64,000 bases of DNA from Oscillatoria sp. PCC 10802. GTDB taxonomy: Bacteria; Cyanobacteriota; Cyanobacteriia; Cyanobacteriales; Oscillatoriaceae. The stretch spans positions 4,158,977-4,222,976 of the forward strand of contig NZ_KB235948.1 of NCBI RefSeq assembly GCF_000332335.1. Direction: 5' to 3'. Positions 39,819 through 51,478 of this stretch are shown piece by piece. The notes under the pieces were generated by a model, which was not told where the DNA came from, did no database searches, and saw only the letters and a program-made list of their open reading frames with translations. Made by a program: the position numbers and the translations under genes. Positions within the stretch are counted from its first letter, which is position 1. The number at the start of each line of letters is the position of its first letter.

Positions 39819-41146
39819 TTGTTGAGAATCTCCTTGCGGCGAATCAGGATATCTGCTCGGACAAACTCCGGCTCATCAGCGCCAATTTCGTTAGCCAGCT
39901 GCTGGCGCAATTGCCGAGCGCCATCGAGATTTCCCCGGTCAATAAGTCGAAACAGCTCAAGTAAATCCTCCTTAATGTCCTGCGGACGATCTGGAACACC
40001 CATGAGGTCTTCAAGGATACGATTGCTGTCTCTCCCAAAAGAGCTTTCTGGACGCTTAGCGACGATACCTTCAGGTGTTTTCTCCAACAGGTAGACCCCT
40101 TCAGGGCGCACATGGCTGACCACTTGCGGCGAATGCGTTGTGACAATAAATTGGCAGTTTGGGAAAGTTCTTGTCAGCGCCGGTATAATCTCGCGCTGCC
40201 ATTTGGGGTGAAGGTGCAGCTCAATTTCGTCAATCAGCACAACGGCGCTTCCTGCGAGTGAGTCTGACAGTCCCGGGTTGGCAATTGCCAGCCTTCTTGC
40301 TAAATCCCCCACCATTGCCAGCAAGCATTTCTCACCATCAGACAGCTGATTGATAATCAGCTCCTCACCTTGTTTGCTCACCGTCATTCGCAGGGGCGAG
40401 CGCCGGACGCGCAGGTTCGAGAACCCCGGTAGCAGGGAGGAGATAGCATTTCTTACAGCTTCTAGTTTGCCATCTCGAAACGCAGGATTGTCTCGCCGCT
40501 GTTCATTTTCCAAATCTTCCCAGTCTCTAAACCATTGGAAAAACATTTCAAAATTGATTGCTTTACCTTGCAGGGCACCGTCATAGGCGTCCGCTACTTT
40601 AGTAATAAGCTTATTAGGTCTTTGCAGGGAGATATCGCCAACCTCCCGACTGACAGGGTAGTAAACTGCCAGAGGTATGTTGGCTGGTTCATTAGTTTTC
40701 CCTTTTTGGCGGATACCACCAGTAACTCGCTCTAACTCTGCCAGGTTGCTGTTTGGTTTTTTGCTCCCTTTTTCCAGAGTCTGGGTGAGAGCCCAGCTCA
40801 CTTCCTGCGAGTCCAGTGAAAGTGTAATTTCGCTGCGGGTCTGGCTGGCCCCATTTTTGATGTCCTGTTCGCTAAAGGAACGATCATCTGCCAGGTCTTC
40901 TTGCTGAAATCCGCTCCGGAAGTTTTTGCTAAACACTTTCACAGATTGCTGCAAATGTTCTCGGGTTTCTGGATCGAATACAATCCGCACCATAAACCAG
41001 GACAGGAGAATGGCGAGACAGTCAAGAATACTCGACTTTCCCACACCGTTGACGCCGATGAGTACAGTAGGCTCACCGGCATCAAACTCCAGAGTCAGCT
41101 CGCCGATCCCACGGAAGCCGGTCATTTGTAGGCGTTTGACTTTCAT
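39815..41146 (-). CDS. ABC-type AAA ATPase, Septu PtuA-like
   Basis: Walker A GVNGVGKSS, Walker B/D-loop VVLIDEIELHLHP, H-loop TTHSPQV, N-terminal SMC/RecF-like head. Confidence 0.75.
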   Translation of the reverse strand: MKVKRLQMTGFRGIGELTLEFDAGEPTVLIGVNGVGKSSILDCLAILLSWFMVRIVFDPETREHLQQSVKVFSKNFRSGFQQEDLADDRSFSEQDIKNGASQTRSEITLSLDSQEVSWALTQTLEKGSKKPNSNLAELERVTGGIRQKGKTNEPANIPLAVYYPVSREVGDISLQRPNKLITKVADAYDGALQGKAINFEMFFQWFRDWEDLENEQRRDNPAFRDGKLEAVRNAISSLLPGFSNLRVRRSPLRMTVSKQGEELIINQLSDGEKCLLAMVGDLARRLAIANPGLSDSLAGSAVVLIDEIELHLHPKWQREIIPALTRTFPNCQFIVTTHSPQVVSHVRPEGVYLLEKTPEGIVAKRPESSFGRDSNRILEDLMGVPDRPQDIKEDLLELFRLIDRGNLDGARQLRQQLANEIGADEPEFVRADILIRRKEILNK

Positions 41147-41286
41147 CTTTTGACGCTAACTGCACGTATAATTTTAATTTTACTCTGTATTAGACCATAA
41201 CGATCTCACCCAAGCTCGCTGCGCGTTCCGCGCCGAAGGGCGCTAACGCCACCCTTTATATCGCTCCAGCATAGGAAAAAATTCAC

Positions 41287-41802
41287 ATGACCCAACCTCT
41301 CCCCAACCCTTCCCCCATAAGTGCCGGCAAAAACTCCGACGCCGCCACCGTGGAGCGCCTGCGCAAACTTAGCAATCTCCTCGACAACGCCATTGGCATC
41401 CCGGGGACGCCTTTCAGCATAGGACTGGATGGCATCTTGGGGCTAATCCCAGGCGGCGGCGATATCCTCGGAGGACTTCTCTCCGCCTATATCGTGTTCA
41501 CATCAGCTAAGCTGGGCTTGTCCAAAGAAACCTTGGTGCGCATGGTTCTCAACATCGTCTTGGATACCTTGATTGGCACAGTGCCGGTGCTGGGAGACTT
41601 GATGGATTTCGCCTGGAAAGCCAATACCAAAAACATGGAGCTGCTGGAAACCAACTTAAAATATCCCCAGGCGACCACAAAAAAGGCCGACCGGTCGTTT
41701 ATCCTCCTGCTGCTGGCCGGTGTGATACTCTTTGTCATACTTGTGGCTGTTTTGAGCGCCATCGTGATTGGCGCGATCGTCGGACTGATCGCCCGCAGGT
41801 AG
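41287..41802 (+). CDS. DUF4112 domain membrane protein
   Basis: GTPFSIGLDGILGLIPGGGDILGGLLSAYIV...VPVLGDLMDFAWKAN matches the DUF4112 core as remembered. C-terminal TM helix. Confidence 0.65.
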   Translation: MTQPLPNPSPISAGKNSDAATVERLRKLSNLLDNAIGIPGTPFSIGLDGILGLIPGGGDILGGLLSAYIVFTSAKLGLSKETLVRMVLNIVLDTLIGTVPVLGDLMDFAWKANTKNMELLETNLKYPQATTKKADRSFILLLLAGVILFVILVAVLSAIVIGAIVGLIARR

Positions 41803-41849
41803 TAGGGTGCGCCGAAAACCCCACTCCCCACCAGTAGCGTTCCCCCCTG

Positions 41850-41965
41850 GGGAACGCACCCTACTCGACCGATGGACCTCAGAGCTCGACCGATGGACCT
41901 CAGAGCTCAGAGCTTGGACGATGGACCTCCGAACTCCACCGATGGACCTCAGAGCTCGACTTTTA
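41850..41965. repeat. tandem repeat CGACCGATGGACCTCAGAGCT (~5 units), related to the 1741..1830 array
   Basis: Seen in sequence. Confidence 0.85.
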
Positions 41966-42008
41966 GAGATGGGACATTCATGCGTTCGCACCCTCCGGCG
42001 TAGCTCCC

Positions 42009-43160
42009 TTGCTCGACCTCCCTGATAGCCCAGTCCTTCCCCAAACCCCAAACCCCAAACCCCTATACAAAAGAATCCAGACGTGGGATAATAATCTAAC
42101 TGTTGTCTGCCAATCCCTGATGGTTCCGCTTCCCCAGTCTCCCGACGAGCTTGCTGCTGCCCTCGCCGGCATCACCGACCTAACTTTCGAGCTGCCCGAT
42201 CCAGAAGACGAAGAAATTCCCGAGCCCCAATTTCAGCTCCAGCTTGACAGCGCCTGGAAAGTGTGCGATCGCTTTGACCTGCAAACCCAAATCTGGCGGG
42301 GGCGGATCTTGCGCTCAGTGCGCGATCGAGAGAAAAAAGGCGGCGAAGGGCGGGGGAAAGGCTTCCTCAACTGGCTCAAAGAGCGAGAAATCAGCAAAAG
42401 CCAAGCCTACGCCCTCATAGAACTGGCCAAGAGCGCCGACACCCTGCTCGAAGAGGGACAGCTAGACCCCGCTAGCATTAACAACTTCAGCATGCGCGCT
42501 TTTGTGGAAACCGCCAAAGCCAGCCCTGAAATCCAGCAGCTGGTTACAGAAGCCGCCCGCACCGGCAACCGCATCACTCGACGCGAAGTCCGCCAGCTGG
42601 CTGACGAGTGGACAGCCATGAGCTCAGATCTCCTCCCCGAGGAAATCAAGGAAAAAGCCTCTGCCGGTTCCCTCCCCACCAACTACCTCGCCCCCCTGGT
42701 GCGAGAGATGGAAAAATTGCCAGAATCCCACATCAGCGCCATTCAGGAGGAAGCCGCAGAGAATCCCGACGTCGATACCGTGAAAAAGCTGACCTCAGAA
42801 GCCCGCAGCCTGTCCCGCTATCTCGACGCCGCCGCCCAAGTGCAAGCCATCAGCCAGACATCCGTGGACGTGGAAATGGCCCTCGAAGAAGCCCTGCGAA
42901 CCGGCTGTTTGAACACCACAGCCGATCTGGTCAAGCAGGCGGCTCAGCTCGAGCAAATGATCGCCAAGCTTTACACCACCTGGAAGCGCGTTGGCAATCT
43001 CGCCGACCGGCTCTATGTAGAGACCGGCGCGAGCACCCCCAACCTGCGAGCCCTCCTGACCTGTCTCGACCGGCTCGCCCGCGACGTGATGGAAGTCCAG
43101 CTTGGCGATGGCAGCGACCGCTCCATTCGCCTGCGAGTCCTCTCCGAACCCGATTCCTAA
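42009..43160 (+). CDS. hypothetical protein (acidic, coiled-coil-rich)
   Basis: Long ORF with coding-like composition. No recognisable domain. Start uncertain (alternative ATG at ~42119). Confidence 0.5.
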   Translation: MLDLPDSPVLPQTPNPKPLYKRIQTWDNNLTVVCQSLMVPLPQSPDELAAALAGITDLTFELPDPEDEEIPEPQFQLQLDSAWKVCDRFDLQTQIWRGRILRSVRDREKKGGEGRGKGFLNWLKEREISKSQAYALIELAKSADTLLEEGQLDPASINNFSMRAFVETAKASPEIQQLVTEAARTGNRITRREVRQLADEWTAMSSDLLPEEIKEKASAGSLPTNYLAPLVREMEKLPESHISAIQEEAAENPDVDTVKKLTSEARSLSRYLDAAAQVQAISQTSVDVEMALEEALRTGCLNTTADLVKQAAQLEQMIAKLYTTWKRVGNLADRLYVETGASTPNLRALLTCLDRLARDVMEVQLGDGSDRSIRLRVLSEPDS

Positions 43161-43630
43161 ACACAGCAGCCGCCCCTCTCCGGGGCGCTGCGCCCTTTGC
43201 CCCGGCAAACCCGAAAAAAACTTTCTGTTGCTGCCCCGCGCCCGAAACAGCACAGTTAGCGCCCCTTCCCCGTATCCCGTGTCTGCTATTTCCCTATCAA
43301 CCCACTCAAACGCTTCCAAACATAGCGCGGGCGAAAATAGCGCCGGTACTTGGCAGCCGCTTCTTTCCCCACCAGCAGCAACCCCAGCCAGAAAGCGACT
43401 TCTGCCAAAACCGCCAGCACTGGCACCAGCAGAGCTTTTTGCCCCACTGTCAAAGGCAAAACAGGCAAAAGCGCCACTCCCCCCAAGGGAAAAACGAGAA
43501 AACGATTAAAACCGGCCCCTATTTCCGTATATTTCCTAACTCTCACAGACCTCAAACCGGGGGAATCGGAATTTTCCCCAATATCCAATCCCCCAATCCC
43601 CAAATCCCGGCACTCAACCGCTCTCAGGGG

Positions 43631-44350
43631 TTAAATATTCCAACCGCCCGCGATTTCCACAACTTGACCAGTGATGTAATCCGAATCTGGCGCGATAAAG
43701 AAATCCACAGCACGCACCAGCTCATCGAGAGTGGCGAGGCGACCGGAAGGGATTTGCTCCAGAGGCTGACTCACAGAGGTTTCCGCAACCCCAGGCGAAA
43801 CTACATTAGCGGTAATGTTATATTTTATTAGCTGTTTTGCTAAGGCTTTTGTGTACAGAATAATGCCTGTTTTAGCAATCGCATAGGGAGCGATTGAGGG
43901 GCGCGCAATTAAGTTCTGCGCTCCCGCAAACCCCAGGTTAACTATGCGCCCCCAACCGGCTGCTTTCAGGTGAGGCAGAGCCGCTTGAGTGACGTAAAAG
44001 GTGGCATTCAAGTTGGAATTTAAGATTTCATGCCACTCTTCGACATTAACATCTTCTATTGGTTTCTTAAGGTAGTTGCCCACATTATTGACCACCACCG
44101 AGAGTCCCCCCAACTGCTCCGCCGCACTTCCCACCAAATAGCGCACTTCCTCGGGATCTGTCACATCAGCTTGCAGGGTCAGAGCTTTAACTCCAAAGGA
44201 TGCAGCAAAATCGGCTACTTCTCTAGCCGCTGACACACTGCGGTTATAATGCACTGCGACGTCAAAACCTTTGTTTGCTAAATCAAGCGCAATAGCTCGA
44301 CCAATCCCTTTGGCCGCTCCGGTAACCAAAGCTTTCTTAAGCCTTGCCAT
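43631..44350 (-). CDS. SDR family oxidoreductase (FabG-like)
   Basis: TGAAKGIGRAIA, catalytic YxxxK. Confidence 0.85.
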   Translation of the reverse strand: MARLKKALVTGAAKGIGRAIALDLANKGFDVAVHYNRSVSAAREVADFAASFGVKALTLQADVTDPEEVRYLVGSAAEQLGGLSVVVNNVGNYLKKPIEDVNVEEWHEILNSNLNATFYVTQAALPHLKAAGWGRIVNLGFAGAQNLIARPSIAPYAIAKTGIILYTKALAKQLIKYNITANVVSPGVAETSVSQPLEQIPSGRLATLDELVRAVDFFIAPDSDYITGQVVEIAGGWNI

Positions 44351-44771
44351 TTGTTTGCTCTAAATAAGTTTCAATCAGTACGCGGGTGTAAGTGTTTAGA
44401 GGATAGCGCAATGCGTCTTGTGGGAAAACCCACTCCCACTCCACAATTTCTTCATTGGGTGTTACCTTTTCCGACGACGCTGCGGCGTAGTAGTTGACCA
44501 GTACAAAATGCGCTTCTTTGTAAAACTGGGGGTCGATGACCGCTTCCTGCAATAGGGCAAAACGAATCTCAGTAAGTTCCAGCCCCACTTCCTCGCGAAA
44601 TTCGCGCACAAGCGCAGCTTCTAGGGATTCCCCCCACTCTACTTTGCCCCCTGGGACGCCCCACAAACCTGTCCATTTAGTAGTTTTTGCGATTAAAACT
44701 CGACTGTCAGAGCCGGTCACTAGAGCTCCTACGGTAACAACTGGCAGAAGGTTTCGATCAGTTGGTTTCAC
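44337..44771 (-). CDS. NUDIX hydrolase
   Basis: Nudix box GGKVEWGESLEAALVREFREEVGL. Confidence 0.85.
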   Translation of the reverse strand: MKPTDRNLLPVVTVGALVTGSDSRVLIAKTTKWTGLWGVPGGKVEWGESLEAALVREFREEVGLELTEIRFALLQEAVIDPQFYKEAHFVLVNYYAAASSEKVTPNEEIVEWEWVFPQDALRYPLNTYTRVLIETYLEQTNGKA

Positions 44772-46257
44772 GACTGGATCTTGAATTTAGACGCTAGCAA
44801 TCATTCTACTCTATTTGTAAACTTTTCGACCGGCGGACTATTCCCAACAGAGGATCGCTTTATCTATTTGGGGAAACTCCACCCATTAATCTCTATCGTT
44901 TTCATTGGAAAAATCCTCTGGAACTCGGCTGCGGGTTCCTACTGGGCGCGCAGACCTAATGCCGCGCAAAGATAAGCGCGATTCGCGCCTTGACAGGCGG
45001 GTTGCAGCCTGGTGAGCGCTCTCGAATTTTCGGTGCGAGCGCAATACCCAGTTCCCTTGGCTCCCGCTTGTGGCGTCCATCCCCCCGCCCTCGAAGAGGC
45101 TAACTGTATTGGGGCATCCGCTGCAAAGCGGACGATCTTATCTTACTGCACGCCGGCGTCAGCCTTTAACAATTTTTTAATCCTTCTTGTCCCCTCTCAC
45201 CCAAACCGCTCCACCGGCGCGCCATCAGGGGTTTTGCGGGGGCTCGTCACAGGGCCACCATGTCTGGAAACAGGGCGGCGGAGCCGGCTGCGGCCAGCCC
45301 CGATAGATTGGCAGCCGCTTAATTAGAGCCTTTATATTTTAAGCTCTAGCGAACTTTAGCGAAGTGCGGCGGATGATTCTACGCTCACAGTCTGGGCAGG
45401 TAAAGGCTGGACCGGCCAGGAAACGGCACGCCGGCAGCCCTCTGTCAGGGGGCAAAGCTGGGCTGACCGGCGGTTTTTTCCCACTCGGTGCCGGTGCGGG
45501 AAAATCCCTGACGCCGCGCCGGCGGCGGGCCTCAGGGGCCATTAGGTGGGGAGCCGGTGTCCCCACATGAGTGCCAGGAACAGGGGGAGCGCCTGAAGTG
45601 GGAGCGCAATCACCCCTCAGGCGAGAGCCGCCAGCGCAATCGCTGGCTGGGCCCAAAAATTCAACAAAAACAGGACTTACGCTTGCGTCTCTATCTGTAG
45701 GGTGGGTTAGCGCTAGCGTAACCCACCCCACACCACATGAAGTGTCGTTGCGTAAGTCTTGAAAAATTAAACCGGGCCAAGGGATCGCCCGGCAGCGCCC
45801 GGGCACAACCCTGAAAGCCGGTCACAGCCGGCCCCAGTCTCGGTGGAATGGGGGCTCAACCGGCAGCAAGCTGGCCCGCTGCCCCGTGCTGGCCGGTCTT
45901 GCAGGGGTTCTGTGGCTTTCGGCGGAGGCCGCCTGCCGGCGAGCCATTGTAGAACTTGCTGTCAGGCCGCCAATTCATCAGATTTCCTTATGGGTTGGCA
46001 AAGGAATCAAAATCAGTTCAGCCCCCGCGATTTGGTAATATGCAGTCAGCGCTACTTTTTTTTACGCTCGCGGCTGATATGGCGGCTGCCGGTGGAACTC
46101 TTCAGAATGGCGGATTCCGGCAAGAGGAGTAAATCCTGCGTTGAAAGTAGGTAAATTACACTATAAGCTTAAAAGTACGCGCTCAATTTCGCAAAAACCC
46201 CTAGAGTGTAAGCTTCGCTCTACCATCTACCACCCTTGCGCAGGAGAAAAGACAGCT

Positions 46258-46953
46258 ATGCCGCAGCTTGAGCTCAGCCCAGAAATAAACTTCCACAGCG
46301 AAACCTACAAGGACGCCTACAGCCGCATCAACGCCATTGTGATTGAAGGCGAACAAGAGGCCAATGACAACTACATCAAACTGGCTGAACTGCTGCCGGA
46401 TCACAAGGATGAGCTGATTGCCTTGTCCAAAATGGAGTCGCGCCACATGAAAGGGTTCCAAGCCTGTGGCCGGAATCTCCAGGTGACGCCAGATATGGAG
46501 TTTGCCCGCAACTTCTTTGCCGACCTGCACCGGAATTTCCAAGAAGCCGCAGCCGAAGGCCGCACTGTAACATGCTTGTTGATTCAGGCGCTGATTATTG
46601 AGTGCTTTGCGATCGCGGCGTACAACATCTACATCCCCGTAGCAGATGCGTTTGCCCGCAAAATCACCGAAGGCGTCGTCAAGGACGAATACTCCCACCT
46701 CAACTTCGGCGAAAAGTGGCTCAAAGCACACTTTGAAGAGTCCAAAGCCGAACTGGAGCAAGCCAACCGGCAAAACCTGCCCCTGGTCTGGCGGATGCTC
46801 AACGAAGTGGAAGCCGACGCCAAAATCCTGGGCATGGAAAAAGACGCCCTGGTGGAGGACTTCATGATTGCCTACGGTGAAGCCCTCAGCAACATTGGCT
46901 TCAGCCCCCGCGAACTGATGCGCCTGTCCGCCTACGGTCTGGCCTCTGTCTGA
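46258..46953 (+). CDS. ado: aldehyde-deformylating oxygenase (alkane biosynthesis)
   Basis: Canonical ADO sequence incl. di-iron ligands (EANDNY...MESRH...EYSHLNFGE). GGAG upstream of ATG 46258. Confidence 0.95.
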   Translation: MPQLELSPEINFHSETYKDAYSRINAIVIEGEQEANDNYIKLAELLPDHKDELIALSKMESRHMKGFQACGRNLQVTPDMEFARNFFADLHRNFQEAAAEGRTVTCLLIQALIIECFAIAAYNIYIPVADAFARKITEGVVKDEYSHLNFGEKWLKAHFEESKAELEQANRQNLPLVWRMLNEVEADAKILGMEKDALVEDFMIAYGEALSNIGFSPRELMRLSAYGLASV

Positions 46954-47141
46954 GGGCCCATCAGGGAGGCCACCGGCCTGTTGAGCCAAAATTCGCTCAA
47001 TTTCCGGCAAGGCGCGGCGTGCCGCGCCCTTGCTTTTTTTTTGCGCCCCTCTGCCGTACTGTGTTTATGGTTAAATAATATTTAACATTTTTTTCAATTC
47101 CCCGCTCGCCCCCTGATTCACCGGCTTACTGGTAGAACTTC

Positions 47142-48167
47142 ATGTTTGGTCTAATCGGTCACCTTAACAGTTTGGAACACGCCCAGTCTGTAGCCAGAGA
47201 TCTGGGCTACCCAGAATACGCCGATCAAGGGTTGGATTTTTGGTGCTCCGCGCCCCCCCAAATCGTTGACGAGATTACCGTCACCAGCATCACTGGCCAG
47301 AAAATAGAAGGCCGGTACGTGGAATCCTGCTTCTTGCCCGAGATGCTGGCCACCCGCCGGATTAAGGCCGCCACCCGCAAAGTTGTCAACGCGATGGCTC
47401 ACGCCCAAAAGCACGGCCTGAAAATCACCGCCCTAGGGGGCTTCTCCTCGATCATTTTTGAAAATTTCAACCTGCAGCAGCTGCAGCAAGTCCGCACCAT
47501 CAAGCTCGAATTTGAGCGCTTCACCACCGGCAACACCCACACAGCTTACATTATCTGCCGGCAGCTGGAACAGCTCGCGCCCCAGTTAGGCATTGAACTG
47601 TCCAAAGCGACCGTGGCCATTTGCGGGGCAACCGGCGACATTGGCAGTGCCGTGTGCCGGTGGCTGGACGCCCGCACCGATGTGGCGGAACTGCTGCTGA
47701 TCGCCCGCGATCGAGATCGCTTGCAAGCGCTGCAGGAGGAATTGGGGCGCGGCAAAATCATGCAGCTCGAAGAAGCGCTGCCCCAAGCTGATATCGTGGT
47801 TTGGGTGGCCAGCATGCCCAAGGGCGTGGAAATTGACCCGGCGCAGTTAAAGCAGCCCTGCCTGCTGATAGATGGCGGCTATCCCAAAAACCTGGGCAAT
47901 CAAATCCAGCACCCGGGGGTGTATGTCCTCAAAGGGGGCATTGTCGAGCACTCCCTCGATATCGACTGGCGGATTATGAAAATCGTCAACTTGATGGAGA
48001 TGCCGGCACGCCAGCTGTTCGCCTGCTTTGCCGAGTCGATGCTGCTGGAATTTGAAAAATGGCACACTAATTTTTCTTGGGGCCGGAATCAGATTACTGT
48101 GGAAAAAATGGAGATGATTGGGCAGGTTTCGCTCAAGCACGGATTCCGCCCCCTGCTGTCATTCTGA
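47142..48167 (+). CDS. aar: long-chain acyl-[ACP] reductase
   Basis: [15 protein letters not shown]...[10 protein letters not shown]. Immediately downstream of ado. Confidence 0.95.
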   Translation: MFGLIGHLNSLEHAQSVARDLGYPEYADQGLDFWCSAPPQIVDEITVTSITGQKIEGRYVESCFLPEMLATRRIKAATRKVVNAMAHAQKHGLKITALGGFSSIIFENFNLQQLQQVRTIKLEFERFTTGNTHTAYIICRQLEQLAPQLGIELSKATVAICGATGDIGSAVCRWLDARTDVAELLLIARDRDRLQALQEELGRGKIMQLEEALPQADIVVWVASMPKGVEIDPAQLKQPCLLIDGGYPKNLGNQIQHPGVYVLKGGIVEHSLDIDWRIMKIVNLMEMPARQLFACFAESMLLEFEKWHTNFSWGRNQITVEKMEMIGQVSLKHGFRPLLSF

Positions 48168-48243
48168 GGGCCTTTTTTGGGGAAGAGTGTGGCGGCTGGC
48201 ACCTCCGCCCCCAACCCGCGCACCTCCGGCAGCCGGCGGGCCC

Positions 48244-48735
48244 TTATCCCACCGGCTCCCCCTCTTCCCACACGAAATTTTTGATGTTCATCACTTCTAT
48301 AATTTTCTCGCCAATCTCATCGGGGATTTCCAAAGCGTGCCACAGCTGAATCATAAATTGCTTTTCTTCTTTAGTGAAAACCGCATCCGCTAAAATTAGA
48401 TCGGCGGCAATCGCAAACGCAGTTTGTCGCTGTTTCGGCGTTAGCGCTTTTTTTGCAGCAGCAAACACCGCAGGTGAACTGTGCTGCTCTATCAGCTTCA
48501 AGACTTGACTGAAAAGCTCTTTGAACTGCTCGCCTGAATAAGATTTGAACATCCGGACGCGGTTGGCAGACAGCGCCCACTTCTCCTCCTCAACTATCTT
48601 CCCATCCGCAGCCGCAGCTAGCACAAAAATAGCCACCAGCGCCTCCGCCGGCTTCAGCGACCGCACTGGCGCGCCGGGGAACGCCCTCTCATTTCCGAAT
48701 AATTCCTTTCCGTCTCTCGGGGGTGTTGGGGGCAT
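48244..48735 (-). CDS. TerB-like (tellurite-resistance TerB fold) protein
   Basis: EALVAIFVLAAAADGKIVEEEKWAL... and second half-repeat LTPKQRQTAFAIAADLILADAVFTKEEKQFM. Confidence 0.5.
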   Translation of the reverse strand: MPPTPPRDGKELFGNERAFPGAPVRSLKPAEALVAIFVLAAAADGKIVEEEKWALSANRVRMFKSYSGEQFKELFSQVLKLIEQHSSPAVFAAAKKALTPKQRQTAFAIAADLILADAVFTKEEKQFMIQLWHALEIPDEIGEKIIEVMNIKNFVWEEGEPVG

Positions 48736-49683
48736 ATTTGTTTCCTTTTAGTTTAAATTATGTGGTCTTCTCCCTCGTTGCCCTCGTTCCAGGGCAGAGC
48801 CCCAGAACGCAGTTCAGGAGGCAGGGCCTCCTTTCTGCAATAAGCAAATTAAAAGCGTAACAGCTCAGGATTTTCCCCTCGTTCCTGGGCGGTCGCTCTT
48901 TCCCGTACCCACAGAATAACTCGTTCCGGGGCAGATCCCCGCAACGCAGTTCAGGAGTAGAGCAGTATAGCAGCAGCCATTTAGGTTAAGACGTAGGACA
49001 GGCGTCTCGCCTGTCCCTATCCCTACTAGCAAGTGACATGCCTTGTCTTAAACTAACTGTGGATTGCTATAGTCATATGGGTTAGGACAATAGGAGCTTC
49101 GGGAGCAAGGGAGCAAGGGAGGCCGGAATGTACCTTCCCTAAATGCCTACTGCTATATAGACTTAGGGCAGGCGGGACGCCTGCCCTGAAGGTCTAATGT
49201 CCTAATCTAAGTGGCTCCTGCTCTATCTGCCTCTTTTTTGCAACAAGCAGCATGATTAGCGTAACAGCTCAGAATTTTTTATGAAAGAGGAAAACTGCTC
49301 GATCCCCGAGTTTTCAATTCCATTCTCCGGACATCTAAAATCCAAAATGGCTATTGAGGGGGGGTGGGGGGTGGGAGAGTGTGCGGCTGGCTTTCAGCAC
49401 AACCCGCAGGGCTGGCAGGGGCTGGCCTGCGGTGCGGGCCGGCAGCCAGACGCTCTCGTGCAGTTGCAGATAGTTGTGCTTGATTCAATTGAAAGCCGCA
49501 ATAACTGCGGAGCCATCCCTATGCTGGCACAGGTGGAAGCAATCGGCTGGCGTGCCGGCGGCGCGGGGATCACCGGCAGCAGACGGCCTCAAACGAGGCA
49601 ACCGCTCTCGGGGGGATCTGCGATCCGCACTCGACAGGTTAAGATTTTATAAGAATCCACTCAATGCTATCCGAATTCCTATT

Positions 49684-50664
49684 GTGGCCAGTCCCGAGCG
49701 CAAACCCCTCCTTCTCGACTTTGAAAAGCCCCTGGCGGAGCTAGAGACCCGCATTGACCAGATCCGCCAGCTGGCAGAGGAAAATGGCGTCGATGTTTCC
49801 GAGCAAATCCGCCAGCTGGAAGCTCGCTCAGAGCAGCTGCGCCAAGAGATTTTTAGCAGCCTGTCGCCCATGCAGCGGCTGCAGCTGGCCCGCCACCCCC
49901 GGCGTCCCAGCACTCTGGATTACGTTCAGGCGATCGCCGACGAGTGGATGGAACTGCACGGGGACCGGCGGGGCTCCGACGACCCCGCCCTCGTCGGGGG
50001 GCTAGCCAGACTGGGAGGGAAGCCGGTGGTCATCGTTGGCCACCAAAAAGGCCGCGACACCAAAGACAATGTGGCCAGAAATTTTGGCATGGCGTCTCCG
50101 GGGGGCTACCGCAAGGCAATGCGCCTGATGGAACACGCCAACCGCTTTAGCATGCCGGTACTCACCTTCATCGACACCCCCGGCGCTTGGGCCGGCATCG
50201 AAGCCGAGCATCTGGGCCAGGGAGAAGCCATCGCCTACAACCTGCGGGAGATGTTCAGCCTCGATGTGCCGATCGTCTGCACTGTCATTGGAGAGGGCGG
50301 CTCCGGCGGTGCCTTGGGCATTGGCGTCGGCGACCGGCTGCTGATGTTCGAGCACGCCGTTTACACCGTCGCCACCCCGGAAGCTTGCGCCGCCATTCTC
50401 TGGAAAGACGCCCGCAAGGCACCCCAAGCCGCCGAAGCCCTGAAAATCACCGCCGGTGATTTGAAAAACCTCGGCATCCTCGACGAGCTGTTGCCCGAAC
50501 CCAGTGGGGCTGCCCACGCCGATCCCCTCAAGGCGGCGGAGATTCTCAAGCAGGCGCTCTTACAGAATTTAGAGGAACTCTGTGGGATCACCGCCGCACA
50601 CCGCCGCGAACTTCGCTATCAAAAGTTCCGCCGCATTGGCATGTTTCTCGAAGGTGCCGCCTAG
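49684..50664 (+). CDS. accA: acetyl-CoA carboxylase carboxyltransferase alpha subunit
   Basis: GTG start at 49684 gives [21 protein letters not shown]..., the canonical AccA N-terminus. The ORF-track start at 49474 is an extension. Confidence 0.9.
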   Translation: MASPERKPLLLDFEKPLAELETRIDQIRQLAEENGVDVSEQIRQLEARSEQLRQEIFSSLSPMQRLQLARHPRRPSTLDYVQAIADEWMELHGDRRGSDDPALVGGLARLGGKPVVIVGHQKGRDTKDNVARNFGMASPGGYRKAMRLMEHANRFSMPVLTFIDTPGAWAGIEAEHLGQGEAIAYNLREMFSLDVPIVCTVIGEGGSGGALGIGVGDRLLMFEHAVYTVATPEACAAILWKDARKAPQAAEALKITAGDLKNLGILDELLPEPSGAAHADPLKAAEILKQALLQNLEELCGITAAHRRELRYQKFRRIGMFLEGAA

Positions 50665-51478
50665 CGCCGCCGGTCAAAGAATACCACAAACCGTTTTTTT
50701 TTGCATGGCGCAAAGTAACCCGGTTTCTTCCCACTCCCGAACCATACAGCACCTGTTCTCCCGTCCCCCACTCACCATGCCTCACACCCCTCCCCCATGC
50801 CAGATATCCCCAAGAGTCTTGGCATCTGTTACATTCCCTCCCAACGCCGCCGCCCACTCACTGCCTGCCACCGCCAGAAAGTCGGGCAGCGCCTCATATC
50901 TAGCCCTGTTGTGAACCGCTTCAGTACGGGGGCGCAGGGAGCGCAGCCAGAGCCCTGTCTGGGGTTGGCTATCACTGCTTGTTGGCGAGGGACAGAAATC
51001 TAATTGCCGGCACGGAAATTTCCGTTAGATTAGTGTCTTGTTTTTAGAGGCTGGCATTAGCTGAAACCCAGTAAAATCATGGTTTATAGCGTTCAGGCCA
51101 GAATCAAAATAGACAACTGAAAATTCGCTCTCCTGTCAGGGAGGAGGAAAATTCAGTATATCTGCTCATTGTAGCTGCGGTTGTGAGTGATAAAATGGGA
51201 GCGTAACAATTTTTAATGGTTATTTAATCTTGCCTAGTCTCGTTGTCCTCGACTGGGGTGATACCGGGCACAGTCCCAAACAAAATCACCCTAGGGTAGC
51301 CCCAGTCAAATTTCCAGAATCCTGGTAAGGGTGGGGCGATGTATAGATTGCGATCTTCCCAACCAGCCGGTGCAAATCCATTGAGAAAAGCTGAGGGATA
51401 ATGTCCACCAGCAGTAAGTCTCGCACAACTGGCGTCAGCCAGAAAATTAGCTCATTAGAAGCACTTTTGGAAATCTGA

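Noticed and set aside
42608-43831. 407-aa plus-strand ORF overlapping the 3' end of the 42009 gene and the SDR gene
   Set aside because: Extremely Arg/Pro-rich and overlaps better-supported genes on both strands. Alternative-frame artefact.
44975-46257. Retron msr/msd ncRNA associated with the PtuAB-like pair
   Set aside because: No reverse-transcriptase gene anywhere nearby. The element is 4 kb from PtuAB with unrelated genes between them.
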